Shown: piece by piece, positions 25,663 to 34,736 of the stretch
How the letters are laid out: each line of letters starts with the position of its first letter
Numbering within the stretch: the stretch's first letter is position 1
Assembly (NCBI GenBank): GCA_016650125.1
Contig: JAENWT010000007.1
Location: 32,297 to 96,296, forward strand
From: Thermoleophilia bacterium
GTDB taxonomy: Bacteria > Actinomycetota > Thermoleophilia > Solirubrobacterales > 70-9
Length of the DNA stretch: 64,000 nt
Direction of reading: 5' to 3'
Made by a program: the position numbers and the translations under genes
Notes under the pieces: generated by a model
What the model saw: only the letters and a program-made list of their open reading frames with translations
Database searches by the model: none
What the model was told of the DNA's origin: nothing

Positions 25663-26990
25663 GGTCCGAACTCCCCTCCGCCGCCGCCCACGGGCACGCT
25701 GCTTGTAGTCGGCGCCGGTGGTGCCGGTGCACTCGACGTGACTGCGGTCCCCGCCACCTCGGGGGTGAACTCCGCTTCGGTCGGTGTCGGGTCCGGGGCT
25801 GGTGCGCCGTTCTGGACCTGTTCGCTCGTCTTGACCTGCTTCGCCGGCTGCGGCGATGAGTTGCCCGCTTCAGCCGATGAGGCTTCCGGTAGCCGGGCGG
25901 GATCCGGTTTGCTCGCCATCGCCGGCTGCGGCCGATCCGCCGGGCGGGAGATTGCCGGCCGCTGGTTGTGGTTAGGCAGGATTTCGGGTACTGGAATCAC
26001 TCCGGTTGCGACGCACGCCGCGGCACCGCCCGCCGTACCGACACAGATGGTCGCGACCTTCGCCAATGCTGCCGCACCGGCACCCCGGGTTCCTCCGCTC
26101 GCGGCCACACTTGTCATCGAAGGGTCGCTTCCCCGGCCCAGCCCCTGCAGCTTCAGCTGAGCTGTAACCACAACTTCCTGGATCCTCTCCCAGAGGGTCT
26201 GACTCGCCGGAGCGAGTGGCAGAAGTGCGGCAGCCGCTCTGGGTACGGCGCGGTAGGCGCGGAGCGTCGCGCGGCAATGGCCACAGGTCGCGAGGTGGTC
26301 CTGCAGTTGAGACAACTGGTCCGACGCGATCTCCCCGTCGCAGCACGCGGAAATTTGCGGTTCGAATTCAGCGCAGAGCTCGCCGGCTTCGCTGTCGCTG
26401 AATACCGACCGGAACCGCTGCCGGCCCTCGGCTAGGCAACGGTTGACCTTGGTTCGGGTCCATCGGTTGATATCGGCGATCTCCGCATAGGAATAACCCT
26501 CGGCGAGCATGGTCAGGGCCTTGAGTTCGTGTGGCTTCAGCCGTGACAGCGCCTCGCGGCTGCGCGCCACCTTCTCGCGCTTGACCGTTCGTTCATCGGG
26601 GCCATCGGAGGCCGACGGGATGAGATTGACCCAGTCCTCGGACTCATCTTCCCGGTAGGCCGAGGCCGGCCGTCCGAGGGTGCGTTCCCGGCTCTTGCGG
26701 ATCGCGAGCGCCTCGTGTTTGATGACCGTCCGGGCCCATGGAAGCAGCTGGCGAACATCAATCGTCGGCGCCTTGGACAGAAGGATCTCGATGCCGCGTT
26801 GATAGGCGTCGTCAGCGTCGTCAGCGCAGATCGAATAACGGCGGGCGGAACTGCGGAGAGCCGTGTCATGCCGGTGGATCAGCTCGACTGCGGCACGCTT
26901 TCTCTGAGCCAGGTCGTTGCCGGCTTCATGGCGGTCGACCCGCCCCAGGCGCCCCGGCTTGGGAGGCGCTTCCTCTGTCTGGCCCATCAA
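25659..26990 (-). CDS. ECF-type sigma-70 factor fused to a zinc anti-sigma (ZAS) motif, a TM helix and a Pro-rich extracytoplasmic tail
   Basis: 443 aa. Sigma region 2 (DDADDAYQRGIEILL...WARTVIKHEALAIRK), region 4 HTH (LKALTMLAEGYSYAEIADINRWTRTKVNRCLAEGRQRF), the H-x3-C-x2-C motif HLATCGHC, hydrophobic AAALAKVATICVGTAGGAAACVATGVI, then a P/A/S-rich tail. AGGAGGAG RBS. Confidence 0.8.
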   Translation of the reverse strand: MMGQTEEAPPKPGRLGRVDRHEAGNDLAQRKRAAVELIHRHDTALRSSARRYSICADDADDAYQRGIEILLSKAPTIDVRQLLPWARTVIKHEALAIRKSRERTLGRPASAYREDESEDWVNLIPSASDGPDERTVKREKVARSREALSRLKPHELKALTMLAEGYSYAEIADINRWTRTKVNRCLAEGRQRFRSVFSDSEAGELCAEFEPQISACCDGEIASDQLSQLQDHLATCGHCRATLRAYRAVPRAAAALLPLAPASQTLWERIQEVVVTAQLKLQGLGRGSDPSMTSVAASGGTRGAGAAALAKVATICVGTAGGAAACVATGVIPVPEILPNHNQRPAISRPADRPQPAMASKPDPARLPEASSAEAGNSSPQPAKQVKTSEQVQNGAPAPDPTPTEAEFTPEVAGTAVTSSAPAPPAPTTSSVPVGGGGGEFGP

Positions 26991-27114
26991 TCTCCTCCTG
27001 GGATTTCCAGCACACGAACGAAAACACTTGCGGTATTTGCATTCCCTCCCGCCGCGGTTTTCGAACCACCGAGTTTCGCCCCAGCAGAGGTCCCGAACCC
27101 GCGCGCTTGCTTGC

Positions 27115-27130
27115 CATATGTCGACATATG
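27115..27130. promoter_or_regulatory. perfect 16-bp palindrome CATATGTCGACATATG upstream of the sigma gene (candidate operator)
   Basis: Exact inverted repeat read directly. It lies about 125 nt upstream of the sigma start codon, in an AT-richer intergenic region. Confidence 0.3.
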
Positions 27131-27300
27131 CAGCACTAAGTCCACCGTTTCAGAAATCTCTCCCCCGGCTAACCAGCCCGTTTCCCGCAAATTGCGAGGA
27201 TCATGAATCGTTCGCAAATTGCATGCTCTTTATGAACTGCGGCTAACTTCGAACGGCGGAGCCACCGCCTGGGCGGAGCCGGTATGGAGGTCCTGGCCGC

Positions 27301-27861
27301 TCAGTCGTTCAGGCGCCCTCCGGCGGCGGCGAGGTCCTGGGGTCCGACGGCGTCGTCGAGTTCGAGGTCGAGGTGGGTCATCACCCGGGCCAGCATCAGG
27401 TACTCGCCGGCTGTGAGCATCGCTTCGACGATCTGGCGCGGCGGGAAGTGCTCCCTGACCGCGGCGAAGACCTCATCGTCGGCACGCTCCCGGTCGACGA
27501 CCTGGACAGCGAATTTGAGGAGGGCCTGTGCGTTCGGGGCGAGGGCGTCCGAATCAAGATCCGCGGCTTCGATCGCCCTGACCTGCTCCTCATCCGCCCC
27601 GACCGCCCTGGCGATCGCCTCGTGCTGGACCCACTCGTACTCGGCGTTGGTCTGCTTCGCCACCTGCAGGATGACCAGTTCGCGGAGCACGGGATCGAGT
27701 TCCAGGTGCTGGAGTACCGCGCCGCCGAACTGGAGAAACGGCGCGAAGGCCGTGTCGGCGTTCGCGAGCATCCGGAAGATGTTGAGTGGCGGCAAGGCCT
27801 CCATCGCCTTCCGGGTCTCGGGGGAAGCGGTCCCGGGATCTGCGTAAGGGAGCCTGGCCAT
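27301..27861 (-). CDS. carboxymuconolactone decarboxylase (AhpD-like) family protein
   Basis: 186 aa from the internal ATG (MARLPYADPGTASPETRKAMEALPPLNIFRMLA). The NAEYEWVQHEAIAR segment is typical of the CMD family. Confidence 0.7.
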   Translation of the reverse strand: MARLPYADPGTASPETRKAMEALPPLNIFRMLANADTAFAPFLQFGGAVLQHLELDPVLRELVILQVAKQTNAEYEWVQHEAIARAVGADEEQVRAIEAADLDSDALAPNAQALLKFAVQVVDRERADDEVFAAVREHFPPRQIVEAMLTAGEYLMLARVMTHLDLELDDAVGPQDLAAAGGRLND

Positions 27862-27915
27862 GGACTCAGCGTATGCGAGGCGGGGTCGCTCTTGGCCGAC
27901 CGGTAACTTTTCGCC

Positions 27916-28143
27916 ATGGCCACTCGCGAAGAGATCGAGAACATCCTGCCCAAGCTGGGACGCGGGGCACGGATCAACCTGAAGCTGAAGGAGGGCGGCG
28001 AGGTGCTCGGCACGCTCTACGGCCTCTTCGACGGGCAGGTCTTCCTCGAGGAGGAGGACATCGATCCGATCGACCTCGACCGGATCGACAACCTGACGGT
28101 ACGCGTCCACACCGAAGGTCCCGGTCCCGACGCCCTGGGCTGA
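27916..28143 (+). CDS. small hypothetical protein
   Basis: 75 aa, with non-repetitive composition (MATREEIENILPKLGRGARINLKLKEGGEVLG...). No RBS seen, so it may be leaderless. Weak support. Confidence 0.35.
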   Translation: MATREEIENILPKLGRGARINLKLKEGGEVLGTLYGLFDGQVFLEEEDIDPIDLDRIDNLTVRVHTEGPGPDALG

Positions 28144-28161
28144 ACCAGCATCCGACTGTTC

Positions 28162-28668
28162 CTAGCGAAACTCTTCGATCCAGTCCCTGTAGCTGCGTAT
28201 GAAGTCGAGCGAGCTCTCATGAACCTGGAGGGCTGCGCGATGGACCTCACCAGCAGGCAACGACCCGTAGGCATGCTCTATGTCCTTACGTCCCTCTTGG
28301 GCTTTCTTCAGTTTCCTTGCTAACGAGCCATCTATCACCCCGGCAGCCTTGAGATTCACAAAAGCTCTTTGCGCCGGCCCACCGTCAGCGGCAGTTGTCT
28401 CGAGCCCGGCAAGCTTCACGCCGGCAATCGCCAGATCTCCTACGTAGTTCTGTACGCGAGAGACAGCTCGCTCCAGAGCCTGCGCCCGGTTGTAGGCCTC
28501 CATGTCATCGGCTGACTCGTATGCCGCTTTGAATTCCTGAAAATCAAAGTCGTCACCGAATACGGACATCGCATACTCGAGAGCTTTGAACTGCCGGGGG
28601 AAGTCGCTCAGGTACGTCGTTATTTCCTGTCGCCACCGCTGGGTATCAACCTTGCGAGGCTCACCCAT
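28162..28668 (-). CDS. hepT: HEPN-domain toxin HepT (DUF86-like) of a type VII toxin-antitoxin pair
   Basis: 168 aa from the ATG at 28668, one nt after the upstream stop (TGAGATG). Contains the R-x4-H-x-Y motif RKDIEHAY. Confidence 0.8.
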   Translation of the reverse strand: MGEPRKVDTQRWRQEITTYLSDFPRQFKALEYAMSVFGDDFDFQEFKAAYESADDMEAYNRAQALERAVSRVQNYVGDLAIAGVKLAGLETTAADGGPAQRAFVNLKAAGVIDGSLARKLKKAQEGRKDIEHAYGSLPAGEVHRAALQVHESSLDFIRSYRDWIEEFR

Positions 28669-28669
28669 C

Positions 28670-29221
28670 TCATGCCCCGAGAAGCCGGTCAATGCCCGCG
28701 AGCGCGTCGTCCATGCGCTTCTTGTCGCGGCTCGCGGCACTTCGCAAGAGCTTTCTGTTGGCGGCTTGAATCTCCGGGAAGCGAGAATCGCGGTCAACGA
28801 GTAGTCGTCCATCCCCCATCGCCGCAATCAGCAAATGTGGATTCGCCAAAGCTTGATCTACAGCGAGGATGTCAACGTCACGACCTGTTCGGGCCTGAAG
28901 ATTCAATGCCAGGTCAAGGCCCTGGCTCGCCTCGGTCGCTCGCATCTCGACAAGCAGATCGATATCGCTTTGATCATCAAAATCACCACGAGCCATCGAC
29001 CCGAAAAGCATTGCGAATCGCACATTGGGTTCAGTTCTGAGTGATGCCCTGAGTGCGGCCAACTCCGTCCACGATCGCCGTATATAGACCTTTTCCGCCA
29101 GCGAGATATCGAGCTTGCGTGGTGTCGGCCGTGTGGCCCGAAAGGTGCCACGGTTCACCGCTCGACGCAGGGTCCTCTCGTTCACCCCAACCTCCTCGGC
29201 CAATGTAAAAAGTGCATTCAT
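28670..29221 (-). CDS. mntA: MntA-type minimal nucleotidyltransferase antitoxin with N-terminal HTH extension
   Basis: GS-x10-DxD motif FGSMARGDFDDQSDIDLLVEM. N-terminal HTH-like EEVGVNERTLRRAVNRG. Start chosen at the ATG at 29221, which sits 7 nt after a TATAAT box. The longer alternative starts at 29329. Confidence 0.8.
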   Translation of the reverse strand: MNALFTLAEEVGVNERTLRRAVNRGTFRATRPTPRKLDISLAEKVYIRRSWTELAALRASLRTEPNVRFAMLFGSMARGDFDDQSDIDLLVEMRATEASQGLDLALNLQARTGRDVDILAVDQALANPHLLIAAMGDGRLLVDRDSRFPEIQAANRKLLRSAASRDKKRMDDALAGIDRLLGA

Positions 29222-29250
29222 GTGTCCATTATATAGACGTGATGTGTCCA
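29220..29250 (-). promoter_or_regulatory. candidate leaderless promoter with flanking 9-bp direct repeats (operator) for the mntA-hepT operon
   Basis: On the coding strand, TATAAT (29228..29233) is followed by GGACAC and then the ATG. ATGTGTCCA occurs twice (29220..29228 and 29242..29250), 22 nt apart, bracketing the -10 box. Confidence 0.4.
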
Positions 29251-29589
29251 ATACTTCGTCCTTGAAGTTGGGGTAGTCGATCTCCTCGGCGAGCAGGGCC
29301 GCGGCCATGATCCAGTCGTCGCGGGCCACGTAGACCCGGTAGCGAAGCAGGGTCGGCCGGCGGAGTGGATTTCTGACAGGAGCGTGCCGAACTCAGGCGG
29401 GAACGGCGCGGTTTCGCCGGTTGGCGATCAAGGTGGCAAAGAGGATGGTCGCTGCGCTGAGCTTCCGGCGGGTGGCATTCATGAGGGGGGTCTTGAGCAT
29501 TGGGCCATCCTTAACCTTTCGGCTTCTACCTTTAATGGAGCCAGCAGCACGGTTTGTGGCGGACAACTGACACTTGAACCCCGGTGGGG

Positions 29590-30606
29590 TTACTTTGATT
29601 CGGCGGCTTCGTCGAGCGCTTTCAGGGTCTGGACCCAGATCAGGTTGCGGCGGTTGGCCCCGTAGCGGAGCGCCTCGTCAGTCAGGTTGACGGAATTGGC
29701 CAGCAGATCAGGTGAATCGACCCCTCCGTAGACGTTCAGGTGGACCCCGTCCGTATCAAGGCCGTGGTCGATCATCTGGTCCTCGGTGAGGGCCGACCAG
29801 AGGTTGATCACCGGAATCTCGAGGTCGCGGCCGGCCTCGTAGATCGCGGCGTTGGCCTTCTTGACCTCGCCCCATTCGTCGACGTCCGGGGTGCTGGTGA
29901 TGTAGATCGGGGGGAGGGTGCTCAAGACCGGTACCGAACCGGCCAGGCGGATGCGAGCCGCCAGCAGGGCGAGGTGCAGGCTGATGTTGGTCTCCGGGTC
30001 GGCGACACCCAGGTTGGCTGCGAAAGCGAGGTCGTTGGTCCCGCTCATGGCGATCATGTAGCGGGGCTGGATCTCCCGGATCTCGCAGCCGACCAGGGTC
30101 TCACCGGACCGGCAGCGACGGTCGGTCCGGTCGACCAGCGAATTGGGTGGGCCGTCCAGAGGGACCGCGGCGTAGTCGGCGAGGGTGCCAGAACGGGCAG
30201 CCGCCGAGAAACGCGAGAAGGAGTTGGCCGGCTGGCACTCCGGCAGGGCGAGGTCGGGGGCGAACTCGGTCTCCTTGAACTTCTCGACCGTGGGCGCGAG
30301 ATCTCCCTGGTCTCCGTACTCGACGACCGAGCAGCCGAAGCCGAAGAGGTTGCGGCGGAGCTCGGTATTCGAGTCGCCGATCTTGGCGAACACGTCCGGA
30401 CGCATGCCGTGAATGTCCGCAGCCGCGACGTCCTCGAGGAACTGATCTTTGAGGTCGCCAGTGATCTCCGGCACCACCGGCGCCTCGGTCCAGTCGGCCG
30501 GCCGGTCGTCGCCGCCGAACGGCAGACCGCAACCGGACAGGAACAACAGACCCGCCACAAGCAGGCCGGGAAGTGCGCGGATTGTTCGTGGCATGTCCCG
30601 GCTCAC
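29590..30606 (-). CDS. SGNH/GDSL-family hydrolase lipoprotein
   Basis: 338 aa. Lipobox [10 protein letters not shown] block FAKIGDSNT, and a late DGVHLN block. Confidence 0.75.
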   Translation of the reverse strand: MSRDMPRTIRALPGLLVAGLLFLSGCGLPFGGDDRPADWTEAPVVPEITGDLKDQFLEDVAAADIHGMRPDVFAKIGDSNTELRRNLFGFGCSVVEYGDQGDLAPTVEKFKETEFAPDLALPECQPANSFSRFSAAARSGTLADYAAVPLDGPPNSLVDRTDRRCRSGETLVGCEIREIQPRYMIAMSGTNDLAFAANLGVADPETNISLHLALLAARIRLAGSVPVLSTLPPIYITSTPDVDEWGEVKKANAAIYEAGRDLEIPVINLWSALTEDQMIDHGLDTDGVHLNVYGGVDSPDLLANSVNLTDEALRYGANRRNLIWVQTLKALDEAAESK

Positions 30607-30642
30607 AAGTTCAGGTTAGGGGATCTCCATTACGATCAGTCA

Positions 30643-31590
30643 ATGACAACCTGTGTTGTAACCGGCGGAGCCGGATTCGTCGGGTCGCACCTTTGCGACC
30701 AGCTGCTGGAAAAGGGATACCGGGTCATCTGCATCGACAACCTCGATACGGGGTCGCTGCAGAACATCGAGCACATCCGCTCGGACGATTTCACCTTTCT
30801 AAACCACGACATCACCGAGGAAGTCCACGTCGACGAACCCGTCGATTTCGTCTACCACCTCGCTTCGCCGGCAAGCCCGATCGACTACGCCAGGCTGCCG
30901 CTCCACACGCTGAAGGTCGGAGCCCAGGGCACCTGGCACATGCTCGGCGTGGCCAAGTTCAAGCGAGCCCGCTTCCTGCTCGCCTCTACCTCCGAGGTTT
31001 ACGGCGACCCCCAGGTGCATCCACAGGAAGAGAGCTACTGGGGCCACGTCAACCCGATCGGGCCGCGCGGCGTCTACGACGAAGCCAAGCGTTACGCCGA
31101 GGCTCTGACCATGGCCTACCTCCGCCAGCAGGGCGTCAACACCTCCATCGTCCGCATCTTCAACACCTACGGCTCGCGGATGCGGCCGCACGACGGCCGG
31201 GCGATCCCGACCTTCCTGCGCCAGGCCCTCCAGAACCAGCCGCTGACCGTGTTCGGGGACGGCAGCCAGACCCGCTCCTTCTGCTTCGTCGACGACCTCG
31301 TCCGCGGATTGATCGGCCTTGCCGAGTCGGGCGAGCACATGCCGGTCAACATCGGCAACCCCGACGAGTACACGCTGCTCCAGCTGGCTAACGCGGTGAT
31401 CGCCGCCTCCGGCTCGGACAGCTCGATCGTCTTCGAGCCACTGCCGACCGACGATCCCCAGGTGCGCCAGCCGAACATCGACCGCGCCCGGTCGATCCTC
31501 GGCTGGGAACCGACCATGTCGCTGAATGATGGCCTCGCAAAGACGATCGATCTTTCCGGTCGAAGCCGGTTGATCGGCGAGATCGAGTAG
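30643..31590 (+). CDS. uxs: UDP-glucuronate decarboxylase (UDP-xylose synthase)
   Basis: 315 aa from the internal [65 protein letters not shown] and [10 protein letters not shown] closely follow the UXS pattern. Confidence 0.9.
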   Translation: MTTCVVTGGAGFVGSHLCDQLLEKGYRVICIDNLDTGSLQNIEHIRSDDFTFLNHDITEEVHVDEPVDFVYHLASPASPIDYARLPLHTLKVGAQGTWHMLGVAKFKRARFLLASTSEVYGDPQVHPQEESYWGHVNPIGPRGVYDEAKRYAEALTMAYLRQQGVNTSIVRIFNTYGSRMRPHDGRAIPTFLRQALQNQPLTVFGDGSQTRSFCFVDDLVRGLIGLAESGEHMPVNIGNPDEYTLLQLANAVIAASGSDSSIVFEPLPTDDPQVRQPNIDRARSILGWEPTMSLNDGLAKTIDLSGRSRLIGEIE

Positions 31591-31594
31591 CACC

Positions 31595-32527
31595 TTGAGC
31601 TCCCCGTCCGTCGTACTGGTCGTCGGGGCGACCGGATTCATCGGCCGTCACGCGGTCGACCGTCTGTCCGAGTCCGGCTTCCGCGTGCTCGGGACCTCGA
31701 CCGACGGGGAAGAAACGGACTTTGCCTGTGACCTTGAGGTTCCGGAGTCAGTCGACGATGCCCTGAGGCTGGCCCGGCCTCACGCGATCCTGATGACGGC
31801 CGGCCGTTCATCGGTCAGCGAGGCCTGGGCCGATCCGGCCGGTGCCTTCCGGATCAATACCACGGGTACCTTCAACCTCCTCGAGGGGGTGCGACGAATT
31901 TCTCCCGAGGCGCACCTGACCCTGGTCTCATCGGCAAGCGTCTACGGAATTCCCGAGACCGGCGACGAGCTGCCTTTCGCCGAGGTGAACCCGAGCCGGC
32001 CGGCCTCGCCCTACGGGGCCTCGAAGGCCGCGGCCGAGGTCCTCGCCGGGCAGTACGCCCGGCAGAATCACCTCAGGGTCGCGGTCGCACGGGTCTTCAA
32101 CCAGATCGGTCCCGGCCAGTCCGAAGCCCAGGCCCCGGCCGAATTCGCGCGCGATATCGCCCTGGCCGAGCAGCGTGGTGAAAGAAAGCTCGACCTCGCG
32201 ATCGGCAACCCCGAGGCAGGACGCGACTACACCGACGTGCGCGACACGGCCCGTGCCCTTGCCGGGATCATCAAGGATGGCGAGACTGGCAACTTCAACA
32301 TCTGCTCGGGAGCCGGAGTCAGGATGTACGACGTCGCCGCCGGCCTCGCTTCGCACACGCCGGTCGAAGTCGGGGTCGAGCGGACCCCGGAACGCGCCCA
32401 CCCGGCGGACGTCCCACTGGTCATCGGATCGGGCAAGCGGCTGCAGAAGACCATCGGCTGGCAGCCCGAGATCCCGCTGTGGATCAGCCTGCTCGACCTT
32501 CTCGACGACTGGCGCCGACGGATCTGA
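31595..32527 (+). CDS. NAD-dependent NDP-sugar epimerase/reductase (Rmd / GDP-4-keto-6-deoxymannose reductase-like SDR)
   Basis: 310 aa with a TTG start. GATGFIGRH Rossmann motif and SSASVYG...YGASK catalytic motif. The exact substrate cannot be read from sequence. Confidence 0.75.
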   Translation: MSSPSVVLVVGATGFIGRHAVDRLSESGFRVLGTSTDGEETDFACDLEVPESVDDALRLARPHAILMTAGRSSVSEAWADPAGAFRINTTGTFNLLEGVRRISPEAHLTLVSSASVYGIPETGDELPFAEVNPSRPASPYGASKAAAEVLAGQYARQNHLRVAVARVFNQIGPGQSEAQAPAEFARDIALAEQRGERKLDLAIGNPEAGRDYTDVRDTARALAGIIKDGETGNFNICSGAGVRMYDVAAGLASHTPVEVGVERTPERAHPADVPLVIGSGKRLQKTIGWQPEIPLWISLLDLLDDWRRRI

Positions 32528-33559
32528 TCAGACCCGGGGCGGGGTGCCGACCGGCGGCAGCGGGTGCTTCAGGACCTCGGCGGGCGCGCGGCGGCTCTCG
32601 CCGAGCCACGCCTGGGCGAGTCCGAGCTCGCCCTGCTTGCGCAGCTTCCGGCGCGTCTTCACCATCTCCGGGAAGCGCAGGAACGCAGCGCCTTTTCCGG
32701 ACAGGGTGAGAATGAACCGGCGGGCGGCGATCGCCCTGAAGATGGCGCCGATCTCGACCACGGTGACCCGCGGCAGCGCGCGCAGCGGCATGAACTTGGC
32801 CTGGGTGAAGATGCGGTTGCGCGCGACCAGCCGCGCGTTCTCTGCGTCGGGCCGGTCGAAGCCGGCGTGCCAGGCGGCGTTGCCGACGTGCCAGACGACC
32901 GCCGAAGGCACCAGCCGAAACTTCCACCCGGCAATCCGGGCCCGCACGTTCAGGTCAACGTCTTCGTAGAAGGCGAAATAGGCCTCGTCGTAACCGCCGA
33001 GATCGACCACGAGCTGGCGCCGGAACATGCAGGCAGCGCCGCAGACACCGAAGATCTCGCGGGCTTCGAAACCGCGCTCGCCCTGGGGCTGGCCGATTCC
33101 GTCTTCGCGGGCCCGCCCGTCGGCGGTGAGTGCCTGGCCGAGGCTGTAGATCAGGGCGTCGGGGTCGTCCGGATCGAGCCGGTCTCCGCGAACCAGGGAA
33201 AGGATCCGTGGCTGGACCCCGCCGATGTGCTCGTCGGACATCAGCACCTCGTACATCTTCGAGAAGGCGTCGGGCTCGAGCATGGTGTCGGAATTGACCG
33301 TCGCCACCGCTTCGGCCGTGGTCGCCGAAAAGCCGAGGTTGACCGCCGGAGCGAAGCCGAGGTTTCTGGGCAGGGGAATATGCGGAATGCGCTCGGCCTG
33401 CATCCAGGCGATGGAATCGTCCGAGGATCCGTTGTCCACAACCATGATCTCCAGCTCCACCCCGATCTGGGCGCGAAGCGTTTTGATGCAATCCCTGAGA
33501 TCGTCGAGGCAGTTCCAGTTCGGAATGACCGCGGCAACCCGGGGCATTTCTTTCCCCAT
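32528..33559 (-). CDS. GT2 family glycosyltransferase
   Basis: 343 aa from the internal ATG (MGKEMPRVAAVIPNWNCLDDLRDCIKTL). Has the VVDNGSSDDS motif. Confidence 0.8.
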   Translation of the reverse strand: MGKEMPRVAAVIPNWNCLDDLRDCIKTLRAQIGVELEIMVVDNGSSDDSIAWMQAERIPHIPLPRNLGFAPAVNLGFSATTAEAVATVNSDTMLEPDAFSKMYEVLMSDEHIGGVQPRILSLVRGDRLDPDDPDALIYSLGQALTADGRAREDGIGQPQGERGFEAREIFGVCGAACMFRRQLVVDLGGYDEAYFAFYEDVDLNVRARIAGWKFRLVPSAVVWHVGNAAWHAGFDRPDAENARLVARNRIFTQAKFMPLRALPRVTVVEIGAIFRAIAARRFILTLSGKGAAFLRFPEMVKTRRKLRKQGELGLAQAWLGESRRAPAEVLKHPLPPVGTPPRV

Positions 33560-33641
33560 GGGTACAGATTGACAGAACCGGCGACCGGGACCGTCCGCCG
33601 GGCCGGTTACCCGGCTTCGAGTAAAGATAGGATCCCGCGCC

Positions 33642-34670
33642 ATGCCTTCGAATCCCTCTCCGCGGCCACTGTCCGGCAAAGCGACCAGAGCCGCGAACCG
33701 CGCCGCCCGCCGCCTGGCCGGCACGGCACTCGGTAAACGCGCCGTCACCAGCCTGCGGACCGAACCGGCCCCGGCCCGACTCGACGACTGGCTGGTGCCA
33801 CTCTTCGGCGGCGAACTGGACCGGATCGAGACCGCCGTCAAGGACGCTGGTCCCGAGGGATACCGCGAGTTCCGCAGCCTCGATGACGATCTCTGGTCGA
33901 TGCTCCTGACCCTCGACTACGACGCCTATCCCGGGATCCGTTCCTACCTCCCCGATCTGCCCGAACCGACTCTACAGGAGATGTGGAACGGGACCAGCGG
34001 CCCGGCGCTCGCCGCCCAGAGCGTCTGCTTCTACCGCAAGCTGAAGGAGATGCAGGCCGCCCACGGCACCGCAGACCTCTCCGGCTCGCGCACCCTCGAC
34101 TTCGGCTGCGGCTGGGGCCGGCTCACCCGGATGCTGGCCAAGGACCTCGATCCCGGCCTGCTCCACGGCTGCGATCCGGTCGAGAGCATCCTCGACGTCA
34201 GCCGGGAGACCCACGTGCCGGCCGAGCTCGCCCGCAGCGAGTTCCTGCCCGAGACCCTGCCCTTCGACGGGAAGTTCGACCTGATCTTCTCCTTCTCGGT
34301 CTTCACCCACATCTCGGAAAAGGCGCACCTCGCGTCGCTCGGGGCGATCCACGAGGGCCTGAACCCCGGCGGGATCTTCGTGGTCACGATCCGGCCCCCG
34401 GCCTACATCAACGTCAACCCGCTGATGCAGCCCGCGGTCGACCGGCTCGGCCCCGACCGCCTCAAGGTCTTGCGCGATCCGCAGTATGTGTTCGTCCCCC
34501 ACGAGACCGAGGGACACCCGCAGTTCGGTGGAGAAGAGATGCACTACGGCGAGGCCGTGGTCACCCTGCCCTACGTCCGGGAGAAGTGGTCATCGATGTT
34601 CGACCTGCTCGACGTGAGCATCCTCAGCGGCGACATGTACCAAGTCGCGCTGACCTTGCGGAGGCGCTGA
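33642..34670 (+). CDS. class I SAM-dependent methyltransferase
   Basis: 342 aa. SAM motif I TLDFGCGWGRLTRML and post-I/II blocks (DLIFSFSVFTHI, GGIFVVT). Confidence 0.75.
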   Translation: MPSNPSPRPLSGKATRAANRAARRLAGTALGKRAVTSLRTEPAPARLDDWLVPLFGGELDRIETAVKDAGPEGYREFRSLDDDLWSMLLTLDYDAYPGIRSYLPDLPEPTLQEMWNGTSGPALAAQSVCFYRKLKEMQAAHGTADLSGSRTLDFGCGWGRLTRMLAKDLDPGLLHGCDPVESILDVSRETHVPAELARSEFLPETLPFDGKFDLIFSFSVFTHISEKAHLASLGAIHEGLNPGGIFVVTIRPPAYINVNPLMQPAVDRLGPDRLKVLRDPQYVFVPHETEGHPQFGGEEMHYGEAVVTLPYVREKWSSMFDLLDVSILSGDMYQVALTLRRR

Positions 34671-34736
34671 CGAGGGGATGACCCCCTGATTCACGATCCC
34701 GGTCAGGAAGACCGACTCAATCGGGGTATCCCCGTC

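Noticed and set aside
21010-29590. Treating the lower-GC stretches (21.0-22.3 kb, 27.0-27.3 kb, 28.2-29.6 kb) as one genomic island or prophage remnant
   Set aside because: No integrase, transposase, tRNA target or phage structural genes are present. High-GC native-looking genes separate the stretches. Only the TA islet looks convincingly acquired.
29384-29665. 93-aa plus-strand ORF between the TA pair and the SGNH gene
   Set aside because: Its 3' part overlaps the SGNH gene antisense. It has Gly-rich low-complexity composition and no RBS.
29740-30642. N-terminal 300 residues of the 616-aa track ORF that ends as UDP-xylose synthase
   Set aside because: This part is antisense to the SGNH lipoprotein gene and has shadow-ORF composition. 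The UXS Rossmann motif begins right after the internal ATG at 30643.
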